A DNA stretch of 64,000 bases from NCBI GenBank assembly GCA_017443265.1, contig JAFSOU010000015.1:399-64398 (forward strand), written 5' to 3'. The position numbers and the translations under genes were made by a program. The notes beneath the pieces were generated by a model. That model saw only the letters and a program-made list of their open reading frames with translations, had not been told where the DNA came from and ran no database searches. Position 1 is the stretch's first letter; the number at the start of each line of letters is the position of its first letter. The stretch is from Bacteroidales bacterium. Lineage in GTDB: Bacteria > Bacteroidota > Bacteroidia > Bacteroidales > P3. This document shows, piece by piece, positions 45,067 to 54,500 of this stretch.

Positions 45067-46359
45067 ATGAGCAAAGTTGATGTATTGCTGGGCCTGCAAT
45101 GGGGCGACGAAGGAAAAGGAAAAGTGGTTGACGTGCTTACGCCTAACTACGATGTTGTTGCACGTTTTCAGGGCGGCCCCAACGCCGGACACACCCTCGA
45201 GTTCAACGGAATAAAACACGTGTTGCACATAATACCCTCGGGAGTTTTCCATCCCGACAAGAAAAACGTCATAGGCAACGGAGTTTTGATAGACCCCGTT
45301 ATCTTCGAACGCGAGATAGAAGGACTGTGGAAAAAAGAGGTGGATGCCACCAAAAACCTGTTCATCTCCAAAAAAGCGCACCTGATACTCCCCACCCACC
45401 GTCTGCTCGACGCCGCCAACGAACAAGCCAAAGGCAACGAAAAAATAGGCTCCACGCTGAAAGGCATAGGCCCCGCCTACACCGACAAGATTGCCCGTAC
45501 CGGTCTGCGCGTGGGCGACATCCTCGAATTCGACTTTCGCGAGAGATTCGAGCTGCAGAAATTCCAACACATACGCATTGCCGAAATGCTCGACTTCGAC
45601 ATCGACAGCTTCCGCATCGAAAATATGAGTCTGCAGGAATACGAGGACCGCTGGTTTGCCTCGCTCGACACCCTGCGCCATTTCAAACTGATAAACAGCG
45701 AGTATTTTCTCAACGAATGCCTTGCCAACGGTCTCAACGTGCTGGCCGAAGGCGCACAAGGCTCCATGCTCGACATCGATTTCGGCTCATATCCCTTTGT
45801 AACTTCTTCTACCACCGTTACCGCCGGCGTTTGCTCCGGACTGGGCGTGGCTCCTTCGAAAATCGACAAGGTGTTCGGCATCACCAAAGCCTACTGCACC
45901 CGCGTGGGCAGCGGCCCCTTCCCCACCGAATTGTTCGACAACGACGGCGACATTCTGCGCAACCGTGGCAACGAGTTCGGCTCCACCACAGGCCGTCCGC
46001 GCCGCTGCGGCTGGATAGACATACCCGCACTGAAATACGCATGCATGCTCAACGGCGTCACCGACCTTTTGGTAACCAAAATTGACGTTCTCAACGACTT
46101 CGAGACCATCAAGATGTGCAACAAATACATCATCGGTGGAAAAGAGACCGAAGAGATACCCTTCGAGTTCAACTCGGTGGAGATAAAACCCGTGCTGAAC
46201 GAATATCCCGGCTGGCAATGCGAGCTGCAAGGCACTCCCTCGTTCGACCAACTGCCGAAAAACGCCCTCAGCTACCTCGCCGAGATTGAGAAAGCCGTAC
46301 ACACCCCCGTCAAGGCCGTATCCATCAGTCCCGACCGCAAAGACGTACTTTTCAGATAG
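45067..46359 (+). CDS. purA: Adenylosuccinate synthase
   Basis: MSKVDVLLGLQWGDEGKGKVVD, GGPNAGHT, and GTTGRGIGP-type (IGSTLKGIGPAY) and TTGRPRRCGW motifs. Confidence 0.97.
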   Translation: MSKVDVLLGLQWGDEGKGKVVDVLTPNYDVVARFQGGPNAGHTLEFNGIKHVLHIIPSGVFHPDKKNVIGNGVLIDPVIFEREIEGLWKKEVDATKNLFISKKAHLILPTHRLLDAANEQAKGNEKIGSTLKGIGPAYTDKIARTGLRVGDILEFDFRERFELQKFQHIRIAEMLDFDIDSFRIENMSLQEYEDRWFASLDTLRHFKLINSEYFLNECLANGLNVLAEGAQGSMLDIDFGSYPFVTSSTTVTAGVCSGLGVAPSKIDKVFGITKAYCTRVGSGPFPTELFDNDGDILRNRGNEFGSTTGRPRRCGWIDIPALKYACMLNGVTDLLVTKIDVLNDFETIKMCNKYIIGGKETEEIPFEFNSVEIKPVLNEYPGWQCELQGTPSFDQLPKNALSYLAEIEKAVHTPVKAVSISPDRKDVLFR

Positions 46360-46368
46360 GCAATAAAA
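46231..46368 (+). repeat. 138-bp direct repeat, copy 1 (the authentic purA 3' end plus 9 nt past the stop)
   Basis: 136/138 identical to 47669..47806, and both differences are synonymous (TTC/TTT, CAA/CAG). Confidence 0.95.
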
Positions 46369-46421
46369 GGCACTGGCTTAATCCCTTAAATAAGTAACAA
46401 CACAAATAAAAACAAAAAAAT

Positions 46422-46940
46422 ATGAAAACAACAATTATTAATAAAGTCATGCCGCTGGTAGCGGTGGCTTTGGTGGGAGTGGCGATAGCCACCTCATGCA
46501 AAAAGGACAAAGAGGAGCAGAGAACGGATACACAAAACCCGCCCGACATCTCTCAAACAGATACGACGGTTGTTAACCCCAACCATCGCATTGTGCTATC
46601 CCTTACACCCGATTCCATACGCAGCTTGCTATTGGGCTCGTGGGAAGAAAAATATTACGGCCGGCACCACTATTATTCCGATGATGATGTGCGTGACACA
46701 TTGACATTTTGTGCAAATGACACTATTTTAGATAAAACAGGAGTTTTCACAAATTGTTCTTTCCAAGTTTTAAATAATAATACAATTTTTATTGCAAAAG
46801 ACTCAATCGTGTCGTCATCACACAATTTCACTTTGTCCATAGATACAACAACAAACGAATTGGAGATTATGTTCTACAATTTCATCAATTTGAGTATAAC
46901 TTGTGTAGTGAAAAATATACCATATATAAAATTAAGATAG
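46422..46940 (+). CDS. Small lipoprotein, possibly lipocalin-like. AT-rich.
   Basis: Lipobox ...LVAVALVGVAIATSCKK, and the LLGSWEE...DTLTF...DTILD pattern is shared with the next ORF. Confidence 0.7.
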   Translation: MKTTIINKVMPLVAVALVGVAIATSCKKDKEEQRTDTQNPPDISQTDTTVVNPNHRIVLSLTPDSIRSLLLGSWEEKYYGRHHYYSDDDVRDTLTFCANDTILDKTGVFTNCSFQVLNNNTIFIAKDSIVSSSHNFTLSIDTTTNELEIMFYNFINLSITCVVKNIPYIKLR

Positions 46941-46944
46941 AATC

Positions 46945-47421
46945 ATGAAAAAGACATTTTTTAGCAAAGCTTTACTGCTGGTAGCGGTGGCTTTGGTGGG
47001 AGTGGCAATGGCTACATCCTGCAAAAAGGAAATAGTTAGCACAGAAAATCATGGAAGTATAGAACCTCCTGACAATATTATTGATTCGTTACAAAATGAT
47101 TCGTTACAAAAACCATTCTTAGGTACGTGGGTTTCGCGCGGGATGTCTTCTTGGGGAGATCCCGTATGCTCCCCAGCTGATTTAAATTCGGACACTATCA
47201 CTTTTTTGCCCAACCACACAATGCTTGATAACTGCTCGGGATGGGGTAGCTTTAACGGATTTCCATATACAATAATTTCCGACACGACTGTCGAGTTTGG
47301 TACTTGGCAACTAAATGTAAAATTTCCCAATGTAGATACTCTTATTATTTATAATTGGAGACATTGCGAGGATATCGCATCATTTATCAAAAATGTCATA
47401 TTCACTAAAATAAACAATTGA
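46945..47421 (+). CDS. Small lipoprotein, a paralog of 46422..46940
   Basis: Lipobox ...LVAVALVGVAMATSCKK, then FLGTWVS...DTITFLPNHTMLD. The signal-peptide DNA (46977..47030) is 49/54 identical to 46454..46507. Confidence 0.7.
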   Translation: MKKTFFSKALLLVAVALVGVAMATSCKKEIVSTENHGSIEPPDNIIDSLQNDSLQKPFLGTWVSRGMSSWGDPVCSPADLNSDTITFLPNHTMLDNCSGWGSFNGFPYTIISDTTVEFGTWQLNVKFPNVDTLIIYNWRHCEDIASFIKNVIFTKINN

Positions 47422-47428
47422 TATCCAC

Positions 47429-47797
47429 ATGAAAAAGACAATCATTTTTTTTATAGGAATTATCACTTTTACAACATCCTTTTGTCAAGAAGTGTTTATT
47501 TACAATGAAAATGGAACACCATACTATTTCAATGAAAACCCAAATGTGAAATATGTGGAATTCAGCAACAATCTTTCAGATAATGATTTTGAAGCGGCTA
47601 AAACGGCATTGTTTCAATATGCCGACACAATTCAAAATTTGGAATACAGATTGTTTCGCCTTTATGTGGGCACTCCCTCGTTTGACCAGCTGCCGAAAAA
47701 CGCCCTCAGCTACCTCGCCGAGATTGAGAAAGCCGTACACACCCCCGTCAAGGCCGTATCCATCAGTCCCGACCGCAAAGACGTACTTTTCAGATAG
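47429..47797 (+). pseudogene. Chimeric ORF. The 5' ~80 codons come from a signal-peptide-bearing gene and are fused in frame to a duplicated purA 3' fragment.
   Basis: MKKTIIFFIGIITFTTSFCQEVF...LFRLYV / GTPSFDQLPKNALSYLAEIEKAVHTPVKAVSISPDRKDVLFR. The last 42 residues are identical to the PurA C-terminus. Confidence 0.8.
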
Positions 47798-47806
47798 GCA
47801 ATAAAA
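47669..47806 (+). repeat. 138-bp direct repeat, copy 2 (duplicated purA 3' end)
   Basis: See 46231..46368. Confidence 0.95.
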
Positions 47807-47884
47807 AACATTTTTTAGCGTTTAAACGTAAAATATAGGACAAAAAAGTTACCAAATAAAAACAAATTCAAAAAACCACATACA

Positions 47885-48943
47885 ATGAAAAGATTAGTTT
47901 TGGCCATATTGGCAATGATAACAATAAGTGCGGGCCTCAACGCCCAAACCAAGGTAAAAGAGTCGCAGGTGCCGCGCGCCGTGCTTCTGGCTATGGAAAA
48001 CACCTACACCAGCTACTCCGTGAAAGCCTGGTTCGAGCAGCCCGGACAGTACGTGGCCGACTTCAGCACCGAAGGACAGAACGGCAAAGCCTATTTCACC
48101 GACGACGGCGAATGGCAATACAGCGCCTTTGTCGTGGACATCTCGGAATGCCCCACAATAATGAACACCTATTTTGTGGACAACTACCCGGGATTCAAAA
48201 TCCGTTCCACCGAATACATCGAGGAGATGAGCGGCGACAACTACTACCGCATGATAATCACCCGCAAGGGCATCGGCTCCGACGATTTCGAGCTGATTTT
48301 CGACACCCGCGGAAAACTCACCAAGACCAACGCCCCCGACCCAGAGGTGGTGCGCCGCGACTTTATCGCCCGCAACAACCCCGAAGCCGACCTCTCGGAA
48401 CGTGAAGGACCACAACCGCCGGAGAAAGCCGACAAAACTGCTCGTAAGAAAAGACAACTCGAAATCGACGCCGAAATCGAGACAGTAACCCCTCCCGACG
48501 CTGTGAAGAAAAACTTCGAGAAACGCTACCCCACCACCCGTATCAAAGAGGGTCCCGAATGGGTTATGCGCGACGGCGAATACTATGTGGCATACTTCAC
48601 CAACAACCAAAGAGTGGATTTCGACGCTGTGCTGGCCGAATCAGGCACCATGATAATGGTGGGCACCAAACTGGCTCCCGAACGCTACCCGCGTCCCATC
48701 CAGAAATACCTTGCCGAAAAGCTGAAAGGCGAAAAATACGACATCGAAAAGATGGTGCGCTACGACTACGACTCCAAATACCGCAACGAAGATGGCAAAA
48801 AACCGAAACAATACTTCTATGTGGTTATCAGCCAGAAGGTTAAAGGTAAGAAAGGCAAAAAATTCACCCGTATGACTTTCGACAACGTGGGCAAATTCAC
48901 CGGCCTGCTGGCCAACCCCCTCGACGAAAAAGATATAAGATAA
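47885..48943 (+). CDS. Secreted PepSY-like (BLIP-like) repeat protein
   Basis: Signal MKRLVLAILAMITISAGLNAQ. There are two halves, each with a ...P..V...F...YP... and ...GEWQYSAF / GEYYVAYF pattern, separated by a charged linker. The family assignment is from memory. Confidence 0.6.
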   Translation: MKRLVLAILAMITISAGLNAQTKVKESQVPRAVLLAMENTYTSYSVKAWFEQPGQYVADFSTEGQNGKAYFTDDGEWQYSAFVVDISECPTIMNTYFVDNYPGFKIRSTEYIEEMSGDNYYRMIITRKGIGSDDFELIFDTRGKLTKTNAPDPEVVRRDFIARNNPEADLSEREGPQPPEKADKTARKKRQLEIDAEIETVTPPDAVKKNFEKRYPTTRIKEGPEWVMRDGEYYVAYFTNNQRVDFDAVLAESGTMIMVGTKLAPERYPRPIQKYLAEKLKGEKYDIEKMVRYDYDSKYRNEDGKKPKQYFYVVISQKVKGKKGKKFTRMTFDNVGKFTGLLANPLDEKDIR

Positions 48944-48963
48944 TAGCTATGGCTAATAACAAT

Positions 48964-48995
48964 AAAAAAAGCGGCTTTTCAAGCCGCTTTTTTTT
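48964..48995. terminator. Bidirectional rho-independent terminator between convergent genes
   Basis: aaaaaaa-gcggctt-ttca-agccgc-tttttttt. Confidence 0.85.
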
Positions 48996-49014
48996 GTGCA
49001 AATAGAATCCCAGT

Positions 49015-49605
49015 TTACAATCGGGCCTCCACCACTTTCCAGTCCACAATCTGCCACAGGGCGGCAAGATAGTCGGCGCGGCGGTTCTGATAGTCGAGGT
49101 AATAGGCGTGTTCCCACACATCGAAGGTGAGCAGAGGTTTCAGGCCGTCGGTAACAGGGTTTTCGGCGTTTTTCTGCTGGGTCATCACCAAATTGCCTTC
49201 AGCGGTGAGCGACAGCCATACCCAGCCGCTTCCAAACAGAGTGGCGCCTTTCTGCTCAAATTCGGCTTTGAATTTGTCGAAAGAGCCAAAAGTCTTGTCT
49301 ATCAATTCCTTGATACGTCCTGCAGGTTCGTGATTGGCGGAGCCGAACTGTTCGAAATACATGGCGTGGTTAAGCACCTGTCCGGCGTTGTTGAACAGTC
49401 CGCCTTGCGAGCGTTTCACAATCTCGGTAAGGGCAAGGCCTTCCAGTCCGCTGCCGGGCAGCAGTTTGTTGAGGTTGTCAACGTAGGCTTTCAGATGTTT
49501 GCCGTGGTGGAACGAGAGTGTAGTCTCGCTGATAACGCCGTCCAACGCCTTGTATGGCAATGCCGGCAGTTCGAAAATTCCGTTGGTTGGGGTGATGTCG
49601 GTCAT
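49015..49605 (-). CDS. sodB: Fe/Mn superoxide dismutase (Fe-type signature)
   Basis: ELPALPY..., HHGKHLKAYV, FNNAGQVLNH (Fe-SOD-like Gln context) and DVWEHAYYLDYQNRR. The start was set at MTDITPTNG. Confidence 0.93.
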   Translation of the reverse strand: MTDITPTNGIFELPALPYKALDGVISETTLSFHHGKHLKAYVDNLNKLLPGSGLEGLALTEIVKRSQGGLFNNAGQVLNHAMYFEQFGSANHEPAGRIKELIDKTFGSFDKFKAEFEQKGATLFGSGWVWLSLTAEGNLVMTQQKNAENPVTDGLKPLLTFDVWEHAYYLDYQNRRADYLAALWQIVDWKVVEARL

Positions 49606-49647
49606 AACTTTATTTTTTGATGAAAAAAATGTGTGTTTATCATTTTG

Positions 49648-49655
49648 CAAAAATA
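49648..49655 (-). promoter_or_regulatory. Bacteroidota -7 promoter box (TAttTTTG) for sodB
   Basis: Plus-strand caaaaata, 43 nt upstream of the ATG at 49605. Confidence 0.5.
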
Positions 49656-49695
49656 CAACTTTTTTGCGAAAAAGATAGTGATTGCGAAAAAAAAA

Positions 49696-50358
49696 TCAAA
49701 GAAACTTGTTGTTACCGCCCAGTTTTTTTTCGAGCATAGGCACGAAACTGAAATTGCCGAAAGTCTCCTCTTTCGTCTCGGTGTCGCTAATCTTGGTTAT
49801 GCGACGCATCTCGTAGTTTTCGTTGCCTACGGGAATAACCATCATGCCTCCTATTTTAAGCTGTTTCAGCAAATCGGGAGGCACCATTGGGGCACCGCAG
49901 GTGATAATTATCTTGTCGAACGGTGCCGATGAGGGGATGCCTTTATAACCGTCGCCGTGGTAGCAGCGAACAAAAAATTTCAGCTGGGCGATAAGACGCT
50001 GCGTCCTTTGGAAAAGCTCGTCGTGACGCTCGATGGAGAGCACTCTCGCCCCCATAGCGGCAAGTATGCATGCCTGATAGCCGGAACCCGTCCCCACTTC
50101 GAGAATCTTGTCGTTCTGTTTCACCTCCAGCAGTTGCGACTGAAACGCCACGGTATGCGGGTGCGATATCGTCTGTCCGCAAGCTATGGGCAAAGCCCTG
50201 TCATCGTAGGCAAGGGAGTCGAGCGAGGGGTCCATGAAAAAATGACGCGGCACTTTGCGCATGGCCTCCAAAACACTTTCGTCGGTGATGCCCTTTGCAC
50301 GCATCTCCTCGCACATACGCTCGCGTAAACCCTTGTGTCTAAATGTGTCTTCCAACAT
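49696..50358 (-). CDS. pcm: Protein-L-isoaspartate O-methyltransferase
   Basis: ...RHFF...AYDDRALPI..GQTISHPHTVA... and ILEVGTGSGYQA (SAM motif). Confidence 0.93.
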   Translation of the reverse strand: MLEDTFRHKGLRERMCEEMRAKGITDESVLEAMRKVPRHFFMDPSLDSLAYDDRALPIACGQTISHPHTVAFQSQLLEVKQNDKILEVGTGSGYQACILAAMGARVLSIERHDELFQRTQRLIAQLKFFVRCYHGDGYKGIPSSAPFDKIIITCGAPMVPPDLLKQLKIGGMMVIPVGNENYEMRRITKISDTETKEETFGNFSFVPMLEKKLGGNNKFL

Positions 50359-50389
50359 ACCGGTAAAAGATAACTGCTTTTTCAGTTTG

Positions 50390-50397
50390 CAAAAGTA
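50390..50397 (-). promoter_or_regulatory. Bacteroidota -7 promoter box (TActTTTG) for pcm
   Basis: Plus-strand caaaagta, 32 nt upstream of the ATG at 50358. Confidence 0.55.
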
Positions 50398-50525
50398 CGC
50401 TTTTTTTGCCTACAATTCGGCTCGCCTTAAAGTAAACAATAAACAATTTGACGTGAATTTCATCATATTTCAAAAGACGATGTGCAAACCATCTACACCT
50501 CATTGATTGGCACTGCGTTGCAAAA

Positions 50526-51140
50526 TCACCATTTGGGATACTCCACTCCCATCAGCTCGCGGTAAGGACGTGTCTCAACATTTTTTTCTATACCCATCTG
50601 TTCGAAAACGCCTGTGATAAACCGGTCTATCAACTGCTGCAAAGCGGCTTCTTCGATGGCAGAGAGCTTTTCGGCGGAGTACACTCCCTCTATCTCCAAA
50701 AAATGCTCGTCGTTGCCATGTATGGGCACAGTGCAAAGTTCCAAGTGGTATTCAACTTCGCCTTCATTCACAAACAGCCATTTATCCTTATGCTTTGTGT
50801 ACCAAAGTCTTGCTCCAAAATCCTCCATCATCTCGACAAAACTAAGCATGTCGGCCTCGTGGCGTAGTTCGAACTCGTGTTCTACGTTGTTTTCGAGGTT
50901 CCCGAGTACCATCTGCTTACGTTTGGCGTTGGCCACAATGCTCCGTAATTGCAGGGGGTCGCCGCCGTAATTCTTGCGTATGCGGAAACGTTTTTTGCTT
51001 TCCTCGGCAGCCTGGGGCATGACATAGTAGGTATCCTCTGCCACTATATGCTCAGGCAGGCCGTATATTTCGGTCAGGCGGCGTTTTATTTCGTCGAACC
51101 TATGCTGTGGCACCCGGGCTTTTTTTTCGACTTCTTTCAT
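50526..51140 (-). CDS. CYTH-domain protein (CyaB/ThTPase-like)
   Basis: The N-terminal EVEKK matches the CYTH ExExK signature, and later acidic/basic strands (FRIRK..., EHEFEL, LEIEGV) also fit. Confidence 0.7.
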   Translation of the reverse strand: MKEVEKKARVPQHRFDEIKRRLTEIYGLPEHIVAEDTYYVMPQAAEESKKRFRIRKNYGGDPLQLRSIVANAKRKQMVLGNLENNVEHEFELRHEADMLSFVEMMEDFGARLWYTKHKDKWLFVNEGEVEYHLELCTVPIHGNDEHFLEIEGVYSAEKLSAIEEAALQQLIDRFITGVFEQMGIEKNVETRPYRELMGVEYPKW

Positions 51141-51161
51141 GGGTTTCAGGGTATCGTTTCA

Positions 51162-51196
51162 CAAAAACGGTTTCTTTCCTTGCGGAAAGAAACCGT
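51162..51196 (-). terminator. Rho-independent terminator after the DUF3467 gene
   Basis: Perfect 13-bp stem acggtttctttcc-ttgc-ggaaagaaaccgt, followed on the minus strand by a U-run. Confidence 0.75.
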
Positions 51197-51222
51197 ATCA
51201 TCAACATTTTAAACAAATTTAA

Positions 51223-51534
51223 TCATGCTTCTGCCAATGGCGACATATTGTTATAAGGTATGGTGGTGCCGTCGTCGTCTTTTATACGACCGTGCACCGA
51301 CTCGTATCTTTCGATATTTTCGGTAAGAGCTTTGAGCAAACGTTTGGCGTGCTGTGGGGTGAGTATTATCCGCGACTGCACCTTGGCTTTGGGCAGGCCC
51401 GGCATCATACGAATAAAATCCACTATAAACTCCGAAGGCGAATGGGTTATCATTGCCAGATTTGAGTATATGCCATCGGCTACATCGGCCGGCAGGTCGA
51501 TGTTAATCGTCTGTTCGTTCTTTTTCTCTTCCAT
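51223..51534 (-). CDS. DUF3467-family small protein
   Basis: 103 aa, with INIDLPADVADGIYSNLAMITHSPSEFIVDF...ILTPQHAKRLLKAL, the typical DUF3467 pattern from memory. Confidence 0.7.
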   Translation of the reverse strand: MEEKKNEQTINIDLPADVADGIYSNLAMITHSPSEFIVDFIRMMPGLPKAKVQSRIILTPQHAKRLLKALTENIERYESVHGRIKDDDGTTIPYNNMSPLAEA

Positions 51535-51544
51535 CTTGTGTTAT

Positions 51545-51580
51545 AAAAAAGTGTCAGGCACATTTTATTGTGCCTGACAG
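51545..51580 (-). terminator. Rho-independent terminator after rpoC
   Basis: gtgtcaggcac-attttatt-gtgcctgacag, followed on the minus strand by a U-run (plus-strand aaaaaa 51545..51550). Confidence 0.75.
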
Positions 51581-51593
51581 ATATGTTTTACAT

Positions 51594-54500
51594 TTATTTT
51601 TTCGTTGCTGTTGCGGCTTCCATCTCGGCTTTATCGGCCACGATGATGTCCTTGTACTCGCGCAAGCCTGTGCCGGCTGGGATAAGGTGTCCCACAAGCA
51701 CGTTCTCTTTCATACCCAGCAGGAAGTCCTGCTTAGCGCAGATAGCGGCTTCGGTAAGCACTTTGGTGGTCTCCTGGAACGAAGCGGCGGAAAGGAAACT
51801 CTTGGTCTGCAACGAAGCGCGGGTGATACCCTGCAGCACCTGACGGGCTGTGGCAGGTTTGGCGTCCAATGCAACCATAGGCCTCTTGTCCTGACGTTTC
51901 AGCGAGGAGTTCTCGTCGCGCAACTGGCGGGCGGTGATAATCTGACCTTTCTTGTAATTTTCGGAGTCGCCGGCATCGTCGATATACTGCATACCGAAGA
52001 TTTTGTCGTTCTCCTCGTGGAAATCCACTTTGTTCACAAGTTCGCCTTCCATGAAGCGGGTGTCGCCCGGATCTTCGATTTCCACCTTGCGCATCATCTG
52101 ACGTACTATAACCTCAAAGTGCTTGTCGTTGATTTTTACGCCTTGCAGACGGTAAACCTCCTGCACTTCGTTTACGATGTATTCCTGCACTTTCATAGGT
52201 CCTTTCACGGCGAGGATGTCGGCCGGTGTAATAGCGCCTTCGCTCAAAGGAGTACCGGCTTTCACATAGTCGTTATCCTGTGCCAGAATCTGTTTCGATG
52301 TGGGTATCAGATATGTACGTGCTTTACCCGCTTTCGGGGTGATGGTAATCTCACGGTTGTTACGTTTAAGTTTTTTGGCGATGGTAACGATACCGTCGAT
52401 TTCGGCCACCACAGCGGGGTCGGACGGGTTACGCGCCTCGAACAGCTCGGTAACACGCGGCAGACCGCCCGTGATATCGCCAGCTTTGCCGAACGAACGC
52501 GGAACTTTGGCCATTATGTCACCGGCTTTGAGTTCGGTGCCGTCCTCAACAACGATATGTGCATGAACTGGCAAGTCGTAAACTTTCTGCACTTCGCCGT
52601 TCTCGTCAACGATGCTGATGGTCGGGTTTTTGGTTTTCTGACGCGATTCGATAATCACTTTATCGTGCAGACCTGTCTGGTCGTCGGATTCTACACGGTA
52701 GGTAACGTTCTCCACCACGTTTTCGAACACCACTTTACCGCTAACTTCGGAGAGGATAACGGCGTTGTAGGGATCCCAGTCGGCGATGATGTCGCCCTTT
52801 TGCAGGTTGTCGCCCACGTGCTTGTACAAGTGCGAGCCGTAAGGCAGCAGGGCGGTGGCAAGGGTGATGTTGGTGCGTTCGTCAACGATACGCATCTCGG
52901 CCGAACGTCCGATAACGATGTCGTATTCCTCGTTGGTGCTTGTTACGTAGTGTACCGAACGCAGTTCGTCTATTTCGAGTTTACCAGCGTGTTTTGCCTC
53001 CAATTTGGAAGTTGTACCGATGTTGCCACCGGCCACACCACCGACGTGGAAGGTACGCAGAGTAAGCTGTGTACCAGGCTCACCGATGGACTGTGCTGCG
53101 ATAACACCCACGGCCTCGCCTTTCTGCACCATCTTGTTGGTGGCAAGGTTACGACCATAGCAGCGTGCGCACACACCTTGTTTCGATTCGCAGGTAAGAA
53201 CGGAACGTATCTCGACTTCTTCGATACCGGCATCTTCGATTTTCTTGCAGATAACCTCGGTAAGCTCTTCGCCGGCAGGAACGATAAGTTCTCCAGTTTC
53301 GGGATTGTATATGTCGTGTACCGAAGTACGGCCCAAAATTCTTTCAGAGAGGGTTTGAACCACCTCGTCGTTTTTCATAAGGGCTGTGGTGGGCAAACCG
53401 CGCAGTGTTCCGCAGTCCTCCTCGGAGATGATTACATCGTGAGCCACGTCAACCAGACGACGGGTAAGGTAACCGGCGTCGGCGGTCTTAAGAGCTGTAT
53501 CGGCCAGACCTTTACGAGCACCGTGGGTAGAGATAAAGTACTCAAGCACCGAAAGGCCTTCCTTGAAGTTGGATATAATTGGGTTTTCAATAATTTCGTT
53601 GCCTGTGGCACCAGCTTTCTGCGGTTTTGCCATCAGTCCACGCATACCGGAGAGCTGACGAATCTGCTCCTTGGAACCACGGGCTCCCGAATCCAGCATC
53701 ATATAAACTGAATTGAAGCCTTGGTTGTCGTTCTTCAGTTGTGTCATCACAGCCTCGGTAAGACGGGCGTTGGTGTCGGTCCATATATCGATAACCTGAT
53801 TATAACGCTCGTTGTTGGTGATAAGACCCATCGAGTAGTTGGCGATAACCTCGTCAACTTCGGCGTTGGCTTGGGCAATGAGCTCCTCTTTGGCCTCGGG
53901 AACGATAACGTCGCCCAAATTGAACGACAGACCGCCCTTGAATGCCATACGGTAACCCATGTTCTTTATATCGTCGAGGAATTTGGCTGTTACAGCGTTG
54001 CCGCAAACTTTGAACACATCGCCGATGATGTCGCGCAGGGATTTTTTGCCCAGCACCTCGTTGATGTAGCCATAGTCCTTCGGCACCACTTGGTTGAACA
54101 GCACTCGTCCAACGGTGGTCTCTATAAGTTCCTCTTTACCTTTGTTTTCAATCTTCACTTTGATGATAGAGTGAAGGTCGACACGTTTTTCGTTGAAAGC
54201 TATTATCACCTCTTCGGGCGAGTAGAAAATCTTTCCTTCGCCTTTCATCGGGTGGCCGGGTTCGCTGCGGCGGGGTTTGGTCATATAGTACAAACCAAGC
54301 ACCATATCCTGCGAAGGCACTGTGATAGGAGCGCCGTTGGCCGGGTTGAGGATGTTGTGCGAAGCAAGCATCAGCAGTTGGGCTTCCAAAATGGCGGCAT
54401 TTCCAAGGGGAACGTGGATAGCCATCTGGTCTCCGTCGAAGTCGGCGTTGAAGGCGGTACATACCAGCGGGTGCAGACGTATGGCCTTGCCTTCGATGAT

